From assembly GCA_963741945.1 (NCBI GenBank), contig CAVUKA010000003.1, forward strand, positions 384,001 to 448,000: a DNA stretch of 64,000 bases. The letters are read 5' to 3'. Source of the stretch: an uncultured Gemmatimonadales bacterium. Lineage in GTDB: Bacteria > Gemmatimonadota > Gemmatimonadetes > Longimicrobiales > RSA9. How positions within the stretch are numbered: the first letter of the stretch is position 1; each line of letters starts with the position of its first letter. The notes under the pieces were generated by a model that did no database searches, was not told the origin of the DNA, and worked only from the letters and a program-made list of their open reading frames with translations. Positions 1 through 12,221 of the stretch are shown in pieces. The translations under genes and the position numbers were made by a program.

Positions 1-462
1 CTGCACGTCCATGTCCAAGTCGAAGTCGAGGTGCTCCAGAATCAGTGCTTTGGCCTGGGCGGCCTCGGCGTCGAGCCCCATGAGGAGCATGGTGTCATAT
101 GCGTCGACGGGCGTCATCAGCAGCGACGCACGATACCAATCCGACCCCGTCCCGGAGATCGGGCGCAACTCGTCGTGACCGGCCGCATACGCCATGTACC
201 CGTCCCACGCATGCCGGAACGCCGCGCGAACGCGCCGCATCAGGACCGTGTCGGCCCGCGCGCCAGGTAGCGCGGGCAGCGACTGCCGGGGACAGCCGGG
301 GGCGCCATGCGCCGCGGCGAGTCCGGGCTGTGGGGCGCCAGCCGTGTCGCGCCCCAAGGCCCCCGTGGTCTGGCCGGTCACGGGGGCGGCGCCCGCCGCC
401 CCGGACGCGACTACCGCGAGCAGGAGGAGCAGGCGCCGGCCGGCATCGTGCGCCCCGATCAT
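1..462 (-). CDS. Glycoside hydrolase family 47 (class I alpha-1,2-mannosidase-like), N-terminal part with signal peptide; runs off window edge
   Basis: Not in the ORF track; translated by hand: MIGAHDAGRRLLLLLAVVA...VRAAFRHAWDGYMAYAAGHDELRPISGTGSDWYRASLLMTPVDAYDTMLLMGL...LDFDLDMDVQ. This matches the GH47 N-terminal pattern HAWxGYxxYAxGHDELxP...TxVDAxDT. The ATG overlaps the upstream stop (ATGA at 459-462). Confidence 0.85.
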   Translation of the reverse strand, partial: MIGAHDAGRRLLLLLAVVASGAAGAAPVTGQTTGALGRDTAGAPQPGLAAAHGAPGCPRQSLPALPGARADTVLMRRVRAAFRHAWDGYMAYAAGHDELRPISGTGSDWYRASLLMTPVDAYDTMLLMGLDAEAAQAKALILEHLDFDLDMDVQ

Positions 463-2216
463 CGCGCGCCCGGGACCGACGGCGCGACGGGCCTGCCGCG
501 CTCTCGCACTTCCTGCTGCCGTTCCTCCACCGCCCGCTCCGCTGGGCTGGTGCGGAATGTCAGTCTGAGGTTATCGAATTCGACGAGGTCCACCACGCTG
601 CGGCCGGCGCCGTCGTCGTAGCGGATGCTGACGGTGTCCCCGGGCGACGTCAGCGGGAGCTCGACGGAAAGGTCGCTGGCCCCGGCGAAGACGCGGTCCT
701 CCAGCCCCTGCAGGATGAGGTAGTACGTGGTCTCACCGCGGCGCGTGTCCGCGCTGATGCGAACCACCGGCGCAGTGGCGCGTGCCAGGTCCATGTCCAT
801 GTCCGCCGCCATGACGTTCCCGCGGCTCGTCAGGCGCCGCCGGTACTGGCGCATGGCGTCGGCCACCGTCTCGCCAACACCCACGATCTGATAGTTCTGC
901 TGCGACACCCACGCGTACGCCTTGGCCAGGCCCGTGTTGTCCTTCAGGATCACGAAGAACGCGGGCTGACCCGCCACGTTGTACGGGATCGGGAACGCTG
1001 CGCGATAGCCGGCGTTCTGGACCGCCCCCTCGGCCGATCCGCTCGCCGCCTCCTCCGTGGCCCCGGCCTGGTGATACAGCCTCGCCTCCTTCGTGCGCGT
1101 GTCCACGAGCGTGAAACCAATTGTGCCCTGATCCGACCCGACGGAAGTCATACCCGTGTACCAGTAGCTGCGACCATCGTCGCCGTAGACGAGAGCGGTG
1201 CCGTACGTGGGCATCACCTCGTCCACGTCGCTGGGATTCCACCAGCCGTGCACGAGCCGTCCCCAGTCCTCCAGCTGCGAACGGACGAACGACTCCGGCT
1301 GGATCCGGTCGATCCACGCCGGCGCGGCTTCCGTGTCGTAGTCCGAGATCTCGCCTGTCTGCGCGTCCACGACCACCACGCCGGTTGCGTCATCGCCGCC
1401 GAACCCGATGCGCTTGTGGTAGCGAGTGACGACGTAGTAGGGGCGCCCGTCGTCATCGATCTCGAACGTGAAGTCGGTGAGCCCGGCCGTGGCGTAGCCG
1501 TGGCCATACAGATAGCGGCGGAGCTGCGTGCCGAACCAGTTGCCGCCGTTGTAGACGAGATGGATCGGCCGGCCATCCAGGCTGCGGACCATCTGCCTGT
1601 CGCGATCGTCCGTCGCGCTGACCATGATGTAGCCGGGCGTGCCCTGCGCCCGGAACTTCAGCCACTTGAACGCTCCCGAGTGGTTGAGGGGGGCCACCCA
1701 GTACAGCCGACCGCGCACCTGCTGGATGCTCATGGCGCCCACCGTGACCCGGCTCCCCAACGCCGGGTCCTCGCCCAGCAGCTTGTCCGCGAGCCTCGCG
1801 GCCAGCGGCTCGTCCACCGTGCGCACTTGCGACGGGTCCACCGGCGATGTGTCGGCGGAGTAGTTCGCTTCCCGGATGTCGCCGACCAGCGCGCGGTAGC
1901 GGGCCGCGTGCAGCGCTGGCCACGTGGTGGCCAGGGCGACGCCGCTCCCGACCACGGCGACGGCGCCGAGGGCCACGGGTCCCAGCCAGCGCCCCCGTCC
2001 ACCGAGAGTGCGCGCGCGGACCAGCTCCTCGGCGAAAACGACCAGGATGGCGGTGAGGAACGGTGCGGCGAGGTCCGGGAACCCCCATGCGAGCGTCGGA
2101 GTCTGGGCATACGCGATGACGGCAGTCAGGAAACCCGTGACCACGGTTGCCGCAAGCCTCCGTGTGGCCGCGAACGCCAGGGCGGCGAACACGAGCCCTA
2201 TCACCAGGAACGTCAT
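459..2216 (-). CDS. Conserved hypothetical membrane-anchored protein (several N-terminal TM helices plus a large extracytoplasmic domain)
   Basis: 585-aa ORF with RBS GAGG upstream, hydrophobic N-terminus and aromatic-rich soluble domain (PAWIDRIQPE, HGWWN). Confidence 0.75.
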   Translation of the reverse strand: MTFLVIGLVFAALAFAATRRLAATVVTGFLTAVIAYAQTPTLAWGFPDLAAPFLTAILVVFAEELVRARTLGGRGRWLGPVALGAVAVVGSGVALATTWPALHAARYRALVGDIREANYSADTSPVDPSQVRTVDEPLAARLADKLLGEDPALGSRVTVGAMSIQQVRGRLYWVAPLNHSGAFKWLKFRAQGTPGYIMVSATDDRDRQMVRSLDGRPIHLVYNGGNWFGTQLRRYLYGHGYATAGLTDFTFEIDDDGRPYYVVTRYHKRIGFGGDDATGVVVVDAQTGEISDYDTEAAPAWIDRIQPESFVRSQLEDWGRLVHGWWNPSDVDEVMPTYGTALVYGDDGRSYWYTGMTSVGSDQGTIGFTLVDTRTKEARLYHQAGATEEAASGSAEGAVQNAGYRAAFPIPYNVAGQPAFFVILKDNTGLAKAYAWVSQQNYQIVGVGETVADAMRQYRRRLTSRGNVMAADMDMDLARATAPVVRISADTRRGETTYYLILQGLEDRVFAGASDLSVELPLTSPGDTVSIRYDDGAGRSVVDLVEFDNLRLTFRTSPAERAVEERQQEVRERGRPVAPSVPGAR

Positions 2217-2488
2217 CGTTCATACCTCATGGTCGAGTGGGTCCGGATGCAACGTACTGCGATAGCGGGGCTCGCCGAAACGCTATGCTCGCACGCTACG
2301 CGATGGGTGGACGCAGACTTCAGGAAGCCAGGCAGGCCCTGTCGGGCGCGGACCCGATCGCCGACGCCGTCGCCCGGCCCCGAAACCTCGCCATGGCACC
2401 GCTCGTACGGGAGCCAACCAACGCGCCGTGGCGTGTATCCAATCCGTGCCCGCGCAAACTCGTTCACATCACCGGCACCCGTGCAGCC

Positions 2489-5002
2489 ATGGCCGACCTG
2501 AAGCTCGCGTTCCGCACGCTCGCGAAGACACCGTTCATCACGGGCGTCGCCATTCTCTCCCTGGCCCTGGGTATCGGCGCGAATGCGGGCATCTTCTCGC
2601 TTTTCAACCAGATGATCCTGGCCTCGCTCCCGGTACGAGACGCGGGGCGGCTGGTGAACCTGGGTGCGCCCGGGCCGAAACCCGGCTCCCAGTCGTGCGG
2701 CATGGCCGGCGACTGCGACCAGGTCTTCAGCTACCCCATGTTCCGCGACCTGCAGAGCCAGCAGACCACGCTGGCCGGCATCGCCGCGCACCGGTCGTTC
2801 ACCGCGAACCTGGCGCTGGCCGACCAGACCGTGGACGGGCAGGGGGCGCTGGTCTCGGGGTCCTACTTCGACGTGCTGGGGCTGCGGCCTGCGCTGGGGC
2901 GGCTCCTGACTCCCGCGGATGATGAGAAGGTCGGCGCCAACTTCGTGGCCGTCCTGAGCTACCGCTTCTGGGAGAACCGGTTCGGCGCGGACCCGGCCGT
3001 GCTCAACCAGACGATCCAGATCAACGGGAACGCCATGACCGTCGTAGGCGTCGCGCCCCGCGGCTTCGACGGCACAACGCTGGGCCGTCAGCCGGACGTG
3101 TTCGTTCCGCTGACCATGCGCAGGGAGATCGAGCCGGCATTCGCCAACATGGCCGGCTTCGAGAACCGCCGCGTCTACTATGCCTACCTGTTCGGGCGGC
3201 TGAAGTCCGGCGTCTCGATCGAGCAGGCCAGGGCGGACCTCGGACGGATCTACCACAACATCATCACCGAAGTGGAAGCACCGCTCCAGGACGGGATGAG
3301 CGAACAGGGGATGGAGCGCTTCCTGGCGAAGCAGATCACCGTCGAGCCGGGGCGGCGGGGGCAGAGCTCGATCCACAGCGACACCCGCACTCCGCTCCTT
3401 CTGCTGCTGGGCATCACCGGGATCGTGCTGCTCATCGCCTGCGCCAACATCGCCAACCTGCTCCTGGCACGCGGCGCCGCGCGGGCGCAGGAAATGGCCG
3501 TGCGCGGCTCGCTGGGCGCCACCCGCCGTCAGCTGCTCCGGCAGCTCATGACCGAGTCGCTCCTCCTGGCCATCTTCGGCGGCCTCGCCAGCCTGCTCGT
3601 CGCCCGCGCCACGCTCCTCCTGATCGGGTGGCTGCTCCCGCCCGAGGCCATCCCCGGAATCGAGCTCAGGATCAGCGGGTCCGTGGCCCTGTTCGCCGCC
3701 GCGCTCACCATGGGCACCGGCCTCCTCTTCGGCCTGTTCCCCGCCCTCCACGCCACGCGCCACGACCTGGCGGGGGCGCTGCGTGCCATGGCCGGGCAGC
3801 AGGGCGGGGCCCGCGCCGCCGCCCGCTTCCGGGCCGGCCTGGTGACGGGCCAGATCGCCCTCTCCATGGCGCTCATGGTGGCGGCCGGTCTGTTCATCCG
3901 GAGCCTGATGAACGTGAGCCGGGTGGATCTCGGGATGACGACGGAGGGCGTGGTCACGTTTTCCATCGCGCCCGCGCTCAACGGGTACGAGCCCGAGCGG
4001 AGCCGGACCCTCTTCGCCCGGACGGAGGAGGAGCTGGCGGCAATCCCCGGCGTTCGCAGCGTCAGCGGTGCGATGGTCCCGATCCTGGCCGGGAGCAGCT
4101 GGGGGAACAGCGTGTCCGTGGAGGGCTTCGAGGGCGGTCCCGACATCGACAGCGGCGCCCGCTTCAACGAAGTGGGCCCCGGCTACTTCAACACCCTCGG
4201 CGTCCCCCTCATCGGCGGCCGTGAGTTCAACGCGGCCAATGCGGCCGACCGGGCGCCGGTGGCGATCGTGAACGAGGCGTTCGCCCGCAAGTTCGGGCTC
4301 GAGCCCCGGGAAGCCGTGGGCAAGTGGATGGCCACGGGCAGCGGGCCGGAGGTCGAGCTCGACATGCAGGTCGTGGGCGTGGTTCAGGACGCCAAGTACA
4401 ACGACGTGAAGCAGGAGGTGCCGCCCGTCTACTTCACGCCCTACCGGCAGGACGATCGCCTCGGCTTCCTCACGTTCTATCTCAGCACGTCCGGCGATCC
4501 CGCCCCCGTGCTCCGGGCCGTGCCCGGCGTGATGAAGCGTATCGACCCGACTCTGCCGGTCGAGGAGCTGAAGACGCTCCAGCAGCAGGTGGCCGAGAAC
4601 ACGTTCGGCGACCGTGCGATCGGCACGCTCGCGGCCGCGTTCGCGCTCCTCGCCACCCTCCTCGCCGCCGTGGGACTCTACGGCGTCCTGGCCTACACCG
4701 TGACCCAGCGGACGCGGGAGATCGGGCTGCGCATGGCGCTCGGCGCCCACAGCGGGCGCGTGCGACGCATGATCCTGAGCCAGGTCACCTGGATGTTTGG
4801 CATTGGCGGCGTCCTGGGCCTGCTCGGCGCCCTCGCCCTCGGCAAGGCCGCCGCCTCCCTGCTCTTCGGGCTCTCAGGCACCGACATCCCCGTGATGCTG
4901 GCGGCCGTCGCCGTCCTCGCGCTGGTGGCGTTCGGCGCCGGGTTCCTCCCCGCCCTGCGCGCGTCCCGGGTCGACCCGATGCAGGCGCTGCGCTACGAGT
5001 AG
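2489..5002 (+). CDS. MacB/FtsX-type ABC permease (duplicated, ADOP-like)
   Basis: MADLKLAFRTL...SLALGIGANAGIFS; two FtsX domains (VLLIACANIANLLLAR, RTREIGLRMALGA); ends RVDPMQALRYE. Confidence 0.92.
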   Translation: MADLKLAFRTLAKTPFITGVAILSLALGIGANAGIFSLFNQMILASLPVRDAGRLVNLGAPGPKPGSQSCGMAGDCDQVFSYPMFRDLQSQQTTLAGIAAHRSFTANLALADQTVDGQGALVSGSYFDVLGLRPALGRLLTPADDEKVGANFVAVLSYRFWENRFGADPAVLNQTIQINGNAMTVVGVAPRGFDGTTLGRQPDVFVPLTMRREIEPAFANMAGFENRRVYYAYLFGRLKSGVSIEQARADLGRIYHNIITEVEAPLQDGMSEQGMERFLAKQITVEPGRRGQSSIHSDTRTPLLLLLGITGIVLLIACANIANLLLARGAARAQEMAVRGSLGATRRQLLRQLMTESLLLAIFGGLASLLVARATLLLIGWLLPPEAIPGIELRISGSVALFAAALTMGTGLLFGLFPALHATRHDLAGALRAMAGQQGGARAAARFRAGLVTGQIALSMALMVAAGLFIRSLMNVSRVDLGMTTEGVVTFSIAPALNGYEPERSRTLFARTEEELAAIPGVRSVSGAMVPILAGSSWGNSVSVEGFEGGPDIDSGARFNEVGPGYFNTLGVPLIGGREFNAANAADRAPVAIVNEAFARKFGLEPREAVGKWMATGSGPEVELDMQVVGVVQDAKYNDVKQEVPPVYFTPYRQDDRLGFLTFYLSTSGDPAPVLRAVPGVMKRIDPTLPVEELKTLQQQVAENTFGDRAIGTLAAAFALLATLLAAVGLYGVLAYTVTQRTREIGLRMALGAHSGRVRRMILSQVTWMFGIGGVLGLLGALALGKAAASLLFGLSGTDIPVMLAAVAVLALVAFGAGFLPALRASRVDPMQALRYE

Positions 5003-5062
5003 GGGCCGCTGAGCGGCGGCGACGCCGGGCGGCTCCCGCCACTCGCCTCCGGCGCGCCGCCC

Positions 5063-7009
<1,947 letters not shown>

Positions 7010-7331
7010 GCAGCCTCCTGATCGCTCGGGTTTCCCATGTTCTGCTCCACAACGTAGGGGCAGAACCACTGCCCCCACAAACTCCGGGCCACACCTGTCG
7101 CGCGCGCGCCTGCGCGCGCACCGCGCGGGGAGGTCAGGATCGGGCCAGACTGGCCAGCCCTGGACATGGGCGCGCGCACGACCCGGCATGCACATGCTCC
7201 AGCAGGCATCCATCCGGTTGTCGGATAGCGCCGTCGCGGCTACCTTTCGGCGTTCCGCCGGTTATTGCCGGACCGCGGAGGTGGCAGGAGAGAGAGGCCG
7301 CCTTTGCGCCCCCAGCAACACATAGCGTGAG

Positions 7332-7739
7332 ATGGCAAAGAAGCCGACGAAGAAGCTGACGAAGAAGCAGATCGAGCATCTCCAGAAGAGACTGCTGCGC
7401 GAGCGCGAGCGCGCCCTTCGATCGCTGGGTCGCTACGACGAGCTCGCGAAGCTTTCCGCCGAGCAGGCGGACTCGGACCTGTACTCGTATTCCGATCACA
7501 TGGCGGACCTGGGGACGGACGCCATGGAGCGGGAGAAGATGCTGCTGTTCGCCAGCAAGGAAGGCCGCTACCTCTACCGTATCGAGGACGCCCTACGGAA
7601 GCTGTACAAGGAGCCCGAGACGTTCGGCTTCTGTCAAACGTGTGGGAACCTGATCGACTTCGACAGGCTGGACGCGCTGCCCCACGCGCACTACTGCATC
7701 GACTGCAAGCGGAAGGAAGAGGAGGCGGACGCGGCCTGA
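7332..7739 (+). CDS. TraR/DksA family C4 zinc-finger protein
   Basis: Coiled coil with HMADLGTD, CxxC...CxxC (CQTC, CIDC), RLDALP. Confidence 0.9.
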   Translation: MAKKPTKKLTKKQIEHLQKRLLRERERALRSLGRYDELAKLSAEQADSDLYSYSDHMADLGTDAMEREKMLLFASKEGRYLYRIEDALRKLYKEPETFGFCQTCGNLIDFDRLDALPHAHYCIDCKRKEEEADAA

Positions 7740-7759
7740 GCCCTGCCACCGCCTCTCAG

Positions 7760-7798
7760 CGAGCGGCCCCGCTTCCTACATGGAGGCGGGGCCGCTCG
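7760..7798. terminator. GC-rich hairpin between convergent genes
   Basis: CGAGCGGCCCCGCTTCC-loop-GGAGGCGGGGCCGCTCG, near-perfect stem; no U-tract. Confidence 0.6.
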
Positions 7799-7823
7799 AC
7801 GTATGTGGCGCGCGGGCGAAGCC

Positions 7824-10637
7824 TCAGGGCATCTCGGCCGCAACCGGGGCGGCGCCCTTCGACCGGGGCTCGAGGCCGAGCCCGAGGTCGTTCCAGTTCA
7901 GGATTGCGTTCCAGAGGAAGCCGAAGTCGACGAAGTTCTGGAACCGCTGGATCGGGTTGAAGCCGAAGAGGACGTAGTATCCCTTCCCGGCCGGGAGGGT
8001 GATGAGTGCCGGCTGCTCCGCCAGCTCGCCCGGATTCTGGACCAGGCCGGACAGGAACAGGTCCCTGGTCGGCGCATAGCTCACCACCACGTTCTTCTCG
8101 TGGTCGTCATCCACGCTGAAGTATGGTCCGAAGCGGTGGTGCAGGGTGACGCCCTTGCCGTAGCCGTATCCCAGCGGGTTCGCCCCCTGCTTCACCTCGC
8201 CCTTCACGAGTGACCCGGGGACGAAGAGTCCGCGGGGCTGGGTGGTGGACACACCGCGGACCAGCCCCATGTCCACGGGGAGCGTGGCGGCGGAGCGGAG
8301 CCCGACGAAGGCGCCGCCGTCCTCGACGAAGTCCCGGATGGCGATGAGCCCCTCGTAGCCGATGCCCCCGGTCATGTCATCGGTGGCGTCCGGGTAGCCG
8401 AGCGACGGGTACTCCCGCGAGCGCTGGTACGGGAGCGGGCCGTCTTCGGGATCGATGCCCTGGAAAATGGACCGGGCGTCCCCGCCCTGGTCCGGGAAGA
8501 CGACGACGTCGTAGCGCTTCTTCAGGTCCTTCAACGCGCTCAGCCGGTCCACGCCCACATAGTCGTACGGGATCCCGAACGTGTCGAACGCGTAGCGGAT
8601 CCATCCTTCCTGCTGCGTGGAGCGCCAGGAGTGCAGGAGCATGATCCGTGGGAGGTCGAGCGCGTGTCGGGGCGTGCCGGCCACGAGGGTGTCGGCGACG
8701 CCAACGACTTCCGCGCCGAACCGCTCCGCCAGTGCCACCATGCGCGCGCGGTCCGCATCCCGGCCGCGGACCAGCCACGCGCCCGATGGCACTTCGTCGC
8801 CGTCCAGCGTCATCGGCTTCTCGATCGCTTCCACGGACGTGCGCCCGAGCCAGAGGCGGGCGGGGAGGCTGTAGGCGGAAAGCGTGGGCTTCACCAGCCA
8901 CCAGTCGGGGCCCTCCCCCACAACGCTGCCGGGCGCCGTCAGCTCTGCGGCGGCCTCCATCGGCATGGCCTGGATCGCGCTGTCATCGACGGGCTCCGTC
9001 ACCACGTCGAACATGAGAGGGAACGTCCATGCCACGTCATCGTAGGGGCGGGGCGCATCCGACGGGAACCGCTGCACGTCCATGAGCGTCAGGATGAAGT
9101 TCCGGTACGGCTGGTCCATCCGGATCACCCAGTCCCCCGGCCGGACCACCACGGTGTCCCCCACCGCGAACGTGTCGGGGGCCGTTGCGCGGCTGACTTC
9201 GATGCCCTGGCGGCGCAGCAGGTCCAGCATGTAGCGCATGTTGGCCCGATGCGGCTGGTCCGCGGGCACCACGTACGCGTACGGCTTCTCGGTCCGCCCC
9301 CTGCTCAGTGAGTTCGACGCCTTGGTCCAGTACTGCCGCAGGATCTGCGACCGGTTCTTCGCCGAGAGCGACAGCGCCGAGAGCAACGCCGTCTCCATGT
9401 AGTTCGTGTTGTTGCGCAGTGACCAGAGCGTGGTGTCCCGTGGCGGCAGCGGACGGTACCACTCCACGTCGGTTGCCGACGAGCGCAGCGTCCGCTCCCG
9501 TGTCCAGGGCACCATGTTGCCGAACGTCTCGTAGAAGCGGCCAGTGGCGTTCCGGGTGTTGGTCACCCACAGCAGGTAGCTGGGGTTCCATCCGTCGTAG
9601 AAGCCATGGGTCCATACGCCGGGCATCCCGAGCGCCGTCAGCGACGTCACCTCGTAGTTGGCGAACCACTGCCACTCCCCTATGGTCACAGGGTCGACGG
9701 TGGCGTTGTACGGCCCCGTCCCCGTGGACGTGTAGAGGTACGGCACGGACTCGTGCAGGTCGTGCCCCAGCGGATAGCGCCAGTCCAGGAAGAGGTCCAC
9801 CAGCTCCTGCGTCAGCCGCGCCGTGAGCTGAAGACCGTCCCGGTTGTTGTCATGGAAGATGTACTTCCCCCAGTACGGCGGCCCCCGGAAGGCCTTCGTG
9901 GTGTCCGGCGTGGGGTAGTTGAGCCGGATCCAGTCCACCACCCGGTCACGGCCGTCCGGCTCCGCTACCGGCGTGATGAACACCACCACGCTGTCCCGGA
10001 TGGTCCGGATCATCGGGTCGTCCGAGACGGCCAGCCGGTACGCCAGCTCCATACTCATCTCCGGCGGCCCGGTCTCCGCCGAATGCAGGCCGCCCGTTAT
10101 GGCGTAAACCACCGGGAGCGTCGAAATCGCGCTGTCCGCTGCGGCAGCCGACGCGGTCCGCGGATCGGACAGCGTGTGGAAACCGGCCTTCACCGCGTCC
10201 AGCCTGGCCAGGTTCGCCTCGCTCCCCACCATCGCCACGGCCAGATGGCGGCCTTCCTCCGTCGGCCCCAGAAGCTCCCACCGGACGCGGGGAGAGGCAC
10301 CGGCCAGCGCTTCGAAATAGCCGTAGATCTCCTCCACCTTGTGCAGCACCCCGGGCTGGCCGATGGCGTGCCCAAAATGGTCGCTGGGGGACGGTACGGT
10401 GGCGTCATCGGGCAGGTAGTCCACCCACGCGCTCGTGTACTCCGGCATCGTGGTCCACGAGCGGACTTCACGTGTGGATTCCGCCTCGATCGGCTGACCC
10501 CACGGCGTGCTCGCCGGGATCGGTACGCTGTCGGCCCAGTGGAACACCTGCGGCGGGAACGCCGCCGGCTTCGCCTCCTGCGCCTGCAGCGGGTGAGCGA
10601 TGGCCAGGGCCAGGAGCAGGACGGCGGCGTTGCGCAT
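7824..10637 (-). CDS. Secreted M14 family zinc carboxypeptidase-like protein
   Basis: Signal peptide; GGLHSAE, DNNRD and DLHE zinc/substrate motifs; C-terminal glutamine-amidotransferase-like domain. Confidence 0.85.
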   Translation of the reverse strand: MRNAAVLLLALAIAHPLQAQEAKPAAFPPQVFHWADSVPIPASTPWGQPIEAESTREVRSWTTMPEYTSAWVDYLPDDATVPSPSDHFGHAIGQPGVLHKVEEIYGYFEALAGASPRVRWELLGPTEEGRHLAVAMVGSEANLARLDAVKAGFHTLSDPRTASAAAADSAISTLPVVYAITGGLHSAETGPPEMSMELAYRLAVSDDPMIRTIRDSVVVFITPVAEPDGRDRVVDWIRLNYPTPDTTKAFRGPPYWGKYIFHDNNRDGLQLTARLTQELVDLFLDWRYPLGHDLHESVPYLYTSTGTGPYNATVDPVTIGEWQWFANYEVTSLTALGMPGVWTHGFYDGWNPSYLLWVTNTRNATGRFYETFGNMVPWTRERTLRSSATDVEWYRPLPPRDTTLWSLRNNTNYMETALLSALSLSAKNRSQILRQYWTKASNSLSRGRTEKPYAYVVPADQPHRANMRYMLDLLRRQGIEVSRATAPDTFAVGDTVVVRPGDWVIRMDQPYRNFILTLMDVQRFPSDAPRPYDDVAWTFPLMFDVVTEPVDDSAIQAMPMEAAAELTAPGSVVGEGPDWWLVKPTLSAYSLPARLWLGRTSVEAIEKPMTLDGDEVPSGAWLVRGRDADRARMVALAERFGAEVVGVADTLVAGTPRHALDLPRIMLLHSWRSTQQEGWIRYAFDTFGIPYDYVGVDRLSALKDLKKRYDVVVFPDQGGDARSIFQGIDPEDGPLPYQRSREYPSLGYPDATDDMTGGIGYEGLIAIRDFVEDGGAFVGLRSAATLPVDMGLVRGVSTTQPRGLFVPGSLVKGEVKQGANPLGYGYGKGVTLHHRFGPYFSVDDDHEKNVVVSYAPTRDLFLSGLVQNPGELAEQPALITLPAGKGYYVLFGFNPIQRFQNFVDFGFLWNAILNWNDLGLGLEPRSKGAAPVAAEMP

Positions 10638-10806
10638 GACGGCTCTCCAGAATTTCGGTGTGAGCGGCATCATGGCGGGCGGCCTGCAGGCGCGCAACCG
10701 CGAGATGGACCGGAATGACGACGCCGCAATGAGGACCAGTGTGGAGACCGCCGCCCGCGCGCAGCCGCCCAGGAGGGCAGACCCCGCTCAGTGGCCGCGC
10801 CGCGAC

Positions 10807-11154
10807 TCAAGCCTGCGCGTCCGCCACCAGTGCAGACAGCTCGCGGACAAAGGCGCCCCGGGGCATGACCCGGTCCGCTCCCGCCAATTCCGCCGCGGAC
10901 AGGGCGTCCTCGTTCACGTGCGGCCCGAACGCCACCACGCGCGCCGCAGGCGCGCGCTCGCGCACGCGCTTCACCGCCGCCACGGCTTCCCGCGCCTGGA
11001 GGTCCACCAGGATGAGTCGCGTCCCCTCACCCACACGCTCCAGAAGCGTCTCGAGCGACTGCACCGTCACCGCCGCGGGGGCGGCGCCGCGGATGCGGGC
11101 CGCGAACATCAGGTCCGCCGTGAGCGCTGCTATGGCTGGAATGTCGTCATTCAT
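10807..11154 (-). CDS. Small receiver-like (CheY-fold) hypothetical protein
   Basis: DLMFAARI...LILVDL...VVAFGPHV...AGADRVMPR pattern of a degenerate receiver domain. Confidence 0.6.
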   Translation of the reverse strand: MNDDIPAIAALTADLMFAARIRGAAPAAVTVQSLETLLERVGEGTRLILVDLQAREAVAAVKRVRERAPAARVVAFGPHVNEDALSAAELAGADRVMPRGAFVRELSALVADAQA

Positions 11155-11194
11155 ATCGTTGTGGCTCAATATGTTGGCGTCCCGTCCGGCAACG

Positions 11195-11235
11195 GATAAT
11201 CGCTATTGACAGCGGCTCCGCCCCGCCGTTACGTT
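11195..11235 (+). promoter_or_regulatory. Sigma70-like promoter for the Fur-family gene with an overlapping Fur-box-like sequence
   Basis: TTGACA (11206-11211), 18-nt spacer, TACGTT (11230-11235); GATAATCGCTATT at 11195-11207. Confidence 0.5.
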
Positions 11236-11243
11236 TTGACACG

Positions 11244-11690
11244 ATGATAACATCTCCGGAGCCCCAGGAAACCGACGCGCGGTTGCGAGCCGCGCTCGAA
11301 GCGAATGGCCAGCGTTTCACGGAACAGCGGGCCGCGGTGTACCGGTATCTGCGGAGCACGGACCGACATCCGTCCGCAGACGCGGTGTTCACGGCGGTGC
11401 GCCAGGTGATCGCGGACATCTCGCTGGCCACGGTCTACAAGTCGCTGGAAACACTCGTGAGCTGCGGGCTCGCCAGCAAGCTGACGTACGGCGATGGCTC
11501 GGCGCGGTATGATGGCCGCACCGACCCGCATCCGCATGCCCGGTGTCTGTCGTGTGGCCAGGTGCGTGACCTGCCTGGTCATCTCGATCCGGGTTCGGTG
11601 GACGGCCTGGGCGACCTGCCGGGGTTCGAAGTCGAGAGCTATCGAGTGGAAGTGGTCGGCATCTGCGCGGAGTGCGGCCAGCCGGCCTGA
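11244..11690 (+). CDS. Fur family transcriptional regulator (PerR-like)
   Basis: TEQRAAV, HPSAD, SLATVYKSL, HPHARCLSC and GICAEC motifs. Confidence 0.92.
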   Translation: MITSPEPQETDARLRAALEANGQRFTEQRAAVYRYLRSTDRHPSADAVFTAVRQVIADISLATVYKSLETLVSCGLASKLTYGDGSARYDGRTDPHPHARCLSCGQVRDLPGHLDPGSVDGLGDLPGFEVESYRVEVVGICAECGQPA

Positions 11691-12083
11691 GTCCCCCCGG
11701 CCCGTCCCGGGCAACCGGGCCCTCCTGCGTCCCCCGGGCGCTGCCCCCCCCGCACTCCCCCGTCACGATCGAAGTCACCCCCCCTCGTGGCGCAGCACGC
11801 CCGGAAATGTCCCCTTCGGACGGTTCCAGCAGGGTGGCGTCCAAACCACGCATGCGTCGGCCTGCGCACGCGCGCGTAGACGTGCATCGACGAGTGAAGC
11901 TGCGCGGCCATCCGTACCGCGCACGGGGCGGCGCGCGTCCTGCTGCATGGCAAGGCCGGGCGGTCAGCGTGCCCGGGGGCGGGCGTGGTGCCAGGCGCCT
12001 GTTGTTTCCATTTCGCGCCACGGCGTGCACGAAATCATCTTGGAATTGGAGACACGTTCACCTCAACGTGCAATTTGTCTGGT

Positions 12084-12140
12084 TGTCATGTGACAGGATG
12101 GTTGGATGCGCTTGACACGGACGGGAGCGGGTGGTATCTA
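12084..12140 (+). promoter_or_regulatory. glnA promoter with upstream palindrome
   Basis: TTGACA (12112-12117), 17-nt spacer, TATCTA (12135-12140); TGTCA-TG-TGACA inverted repeat at 12084-12095. Confidence 0.6.
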
Positions 12141-12221
12141 CGGTCGTCGTCCACGCACACCCGCACAACGAGGCCGCCGATGGCGCACGGGAGATCCGGG
12201 AAAACGAGCACGATCGAAGGG

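Noticed and set aside
99-2501. Long antisense or alternative-frame ORFs (e.g. 99-2501, 2213-4750, 5255-7021, 38955-41735, 60994-62691)
   Set aside because: Shadow ORFs expected from high GC and codon bias; they overlap well-supported genes and carry no recognisable motifs.
11691-12080. Possible ncRNA or small gene in the long Fur-glnA intergenic region
   Set aside because: Only short GC palindromes were found, with no recognisable RNA motif or RBS-backed ORF; it cannot be supported from sequence alone.
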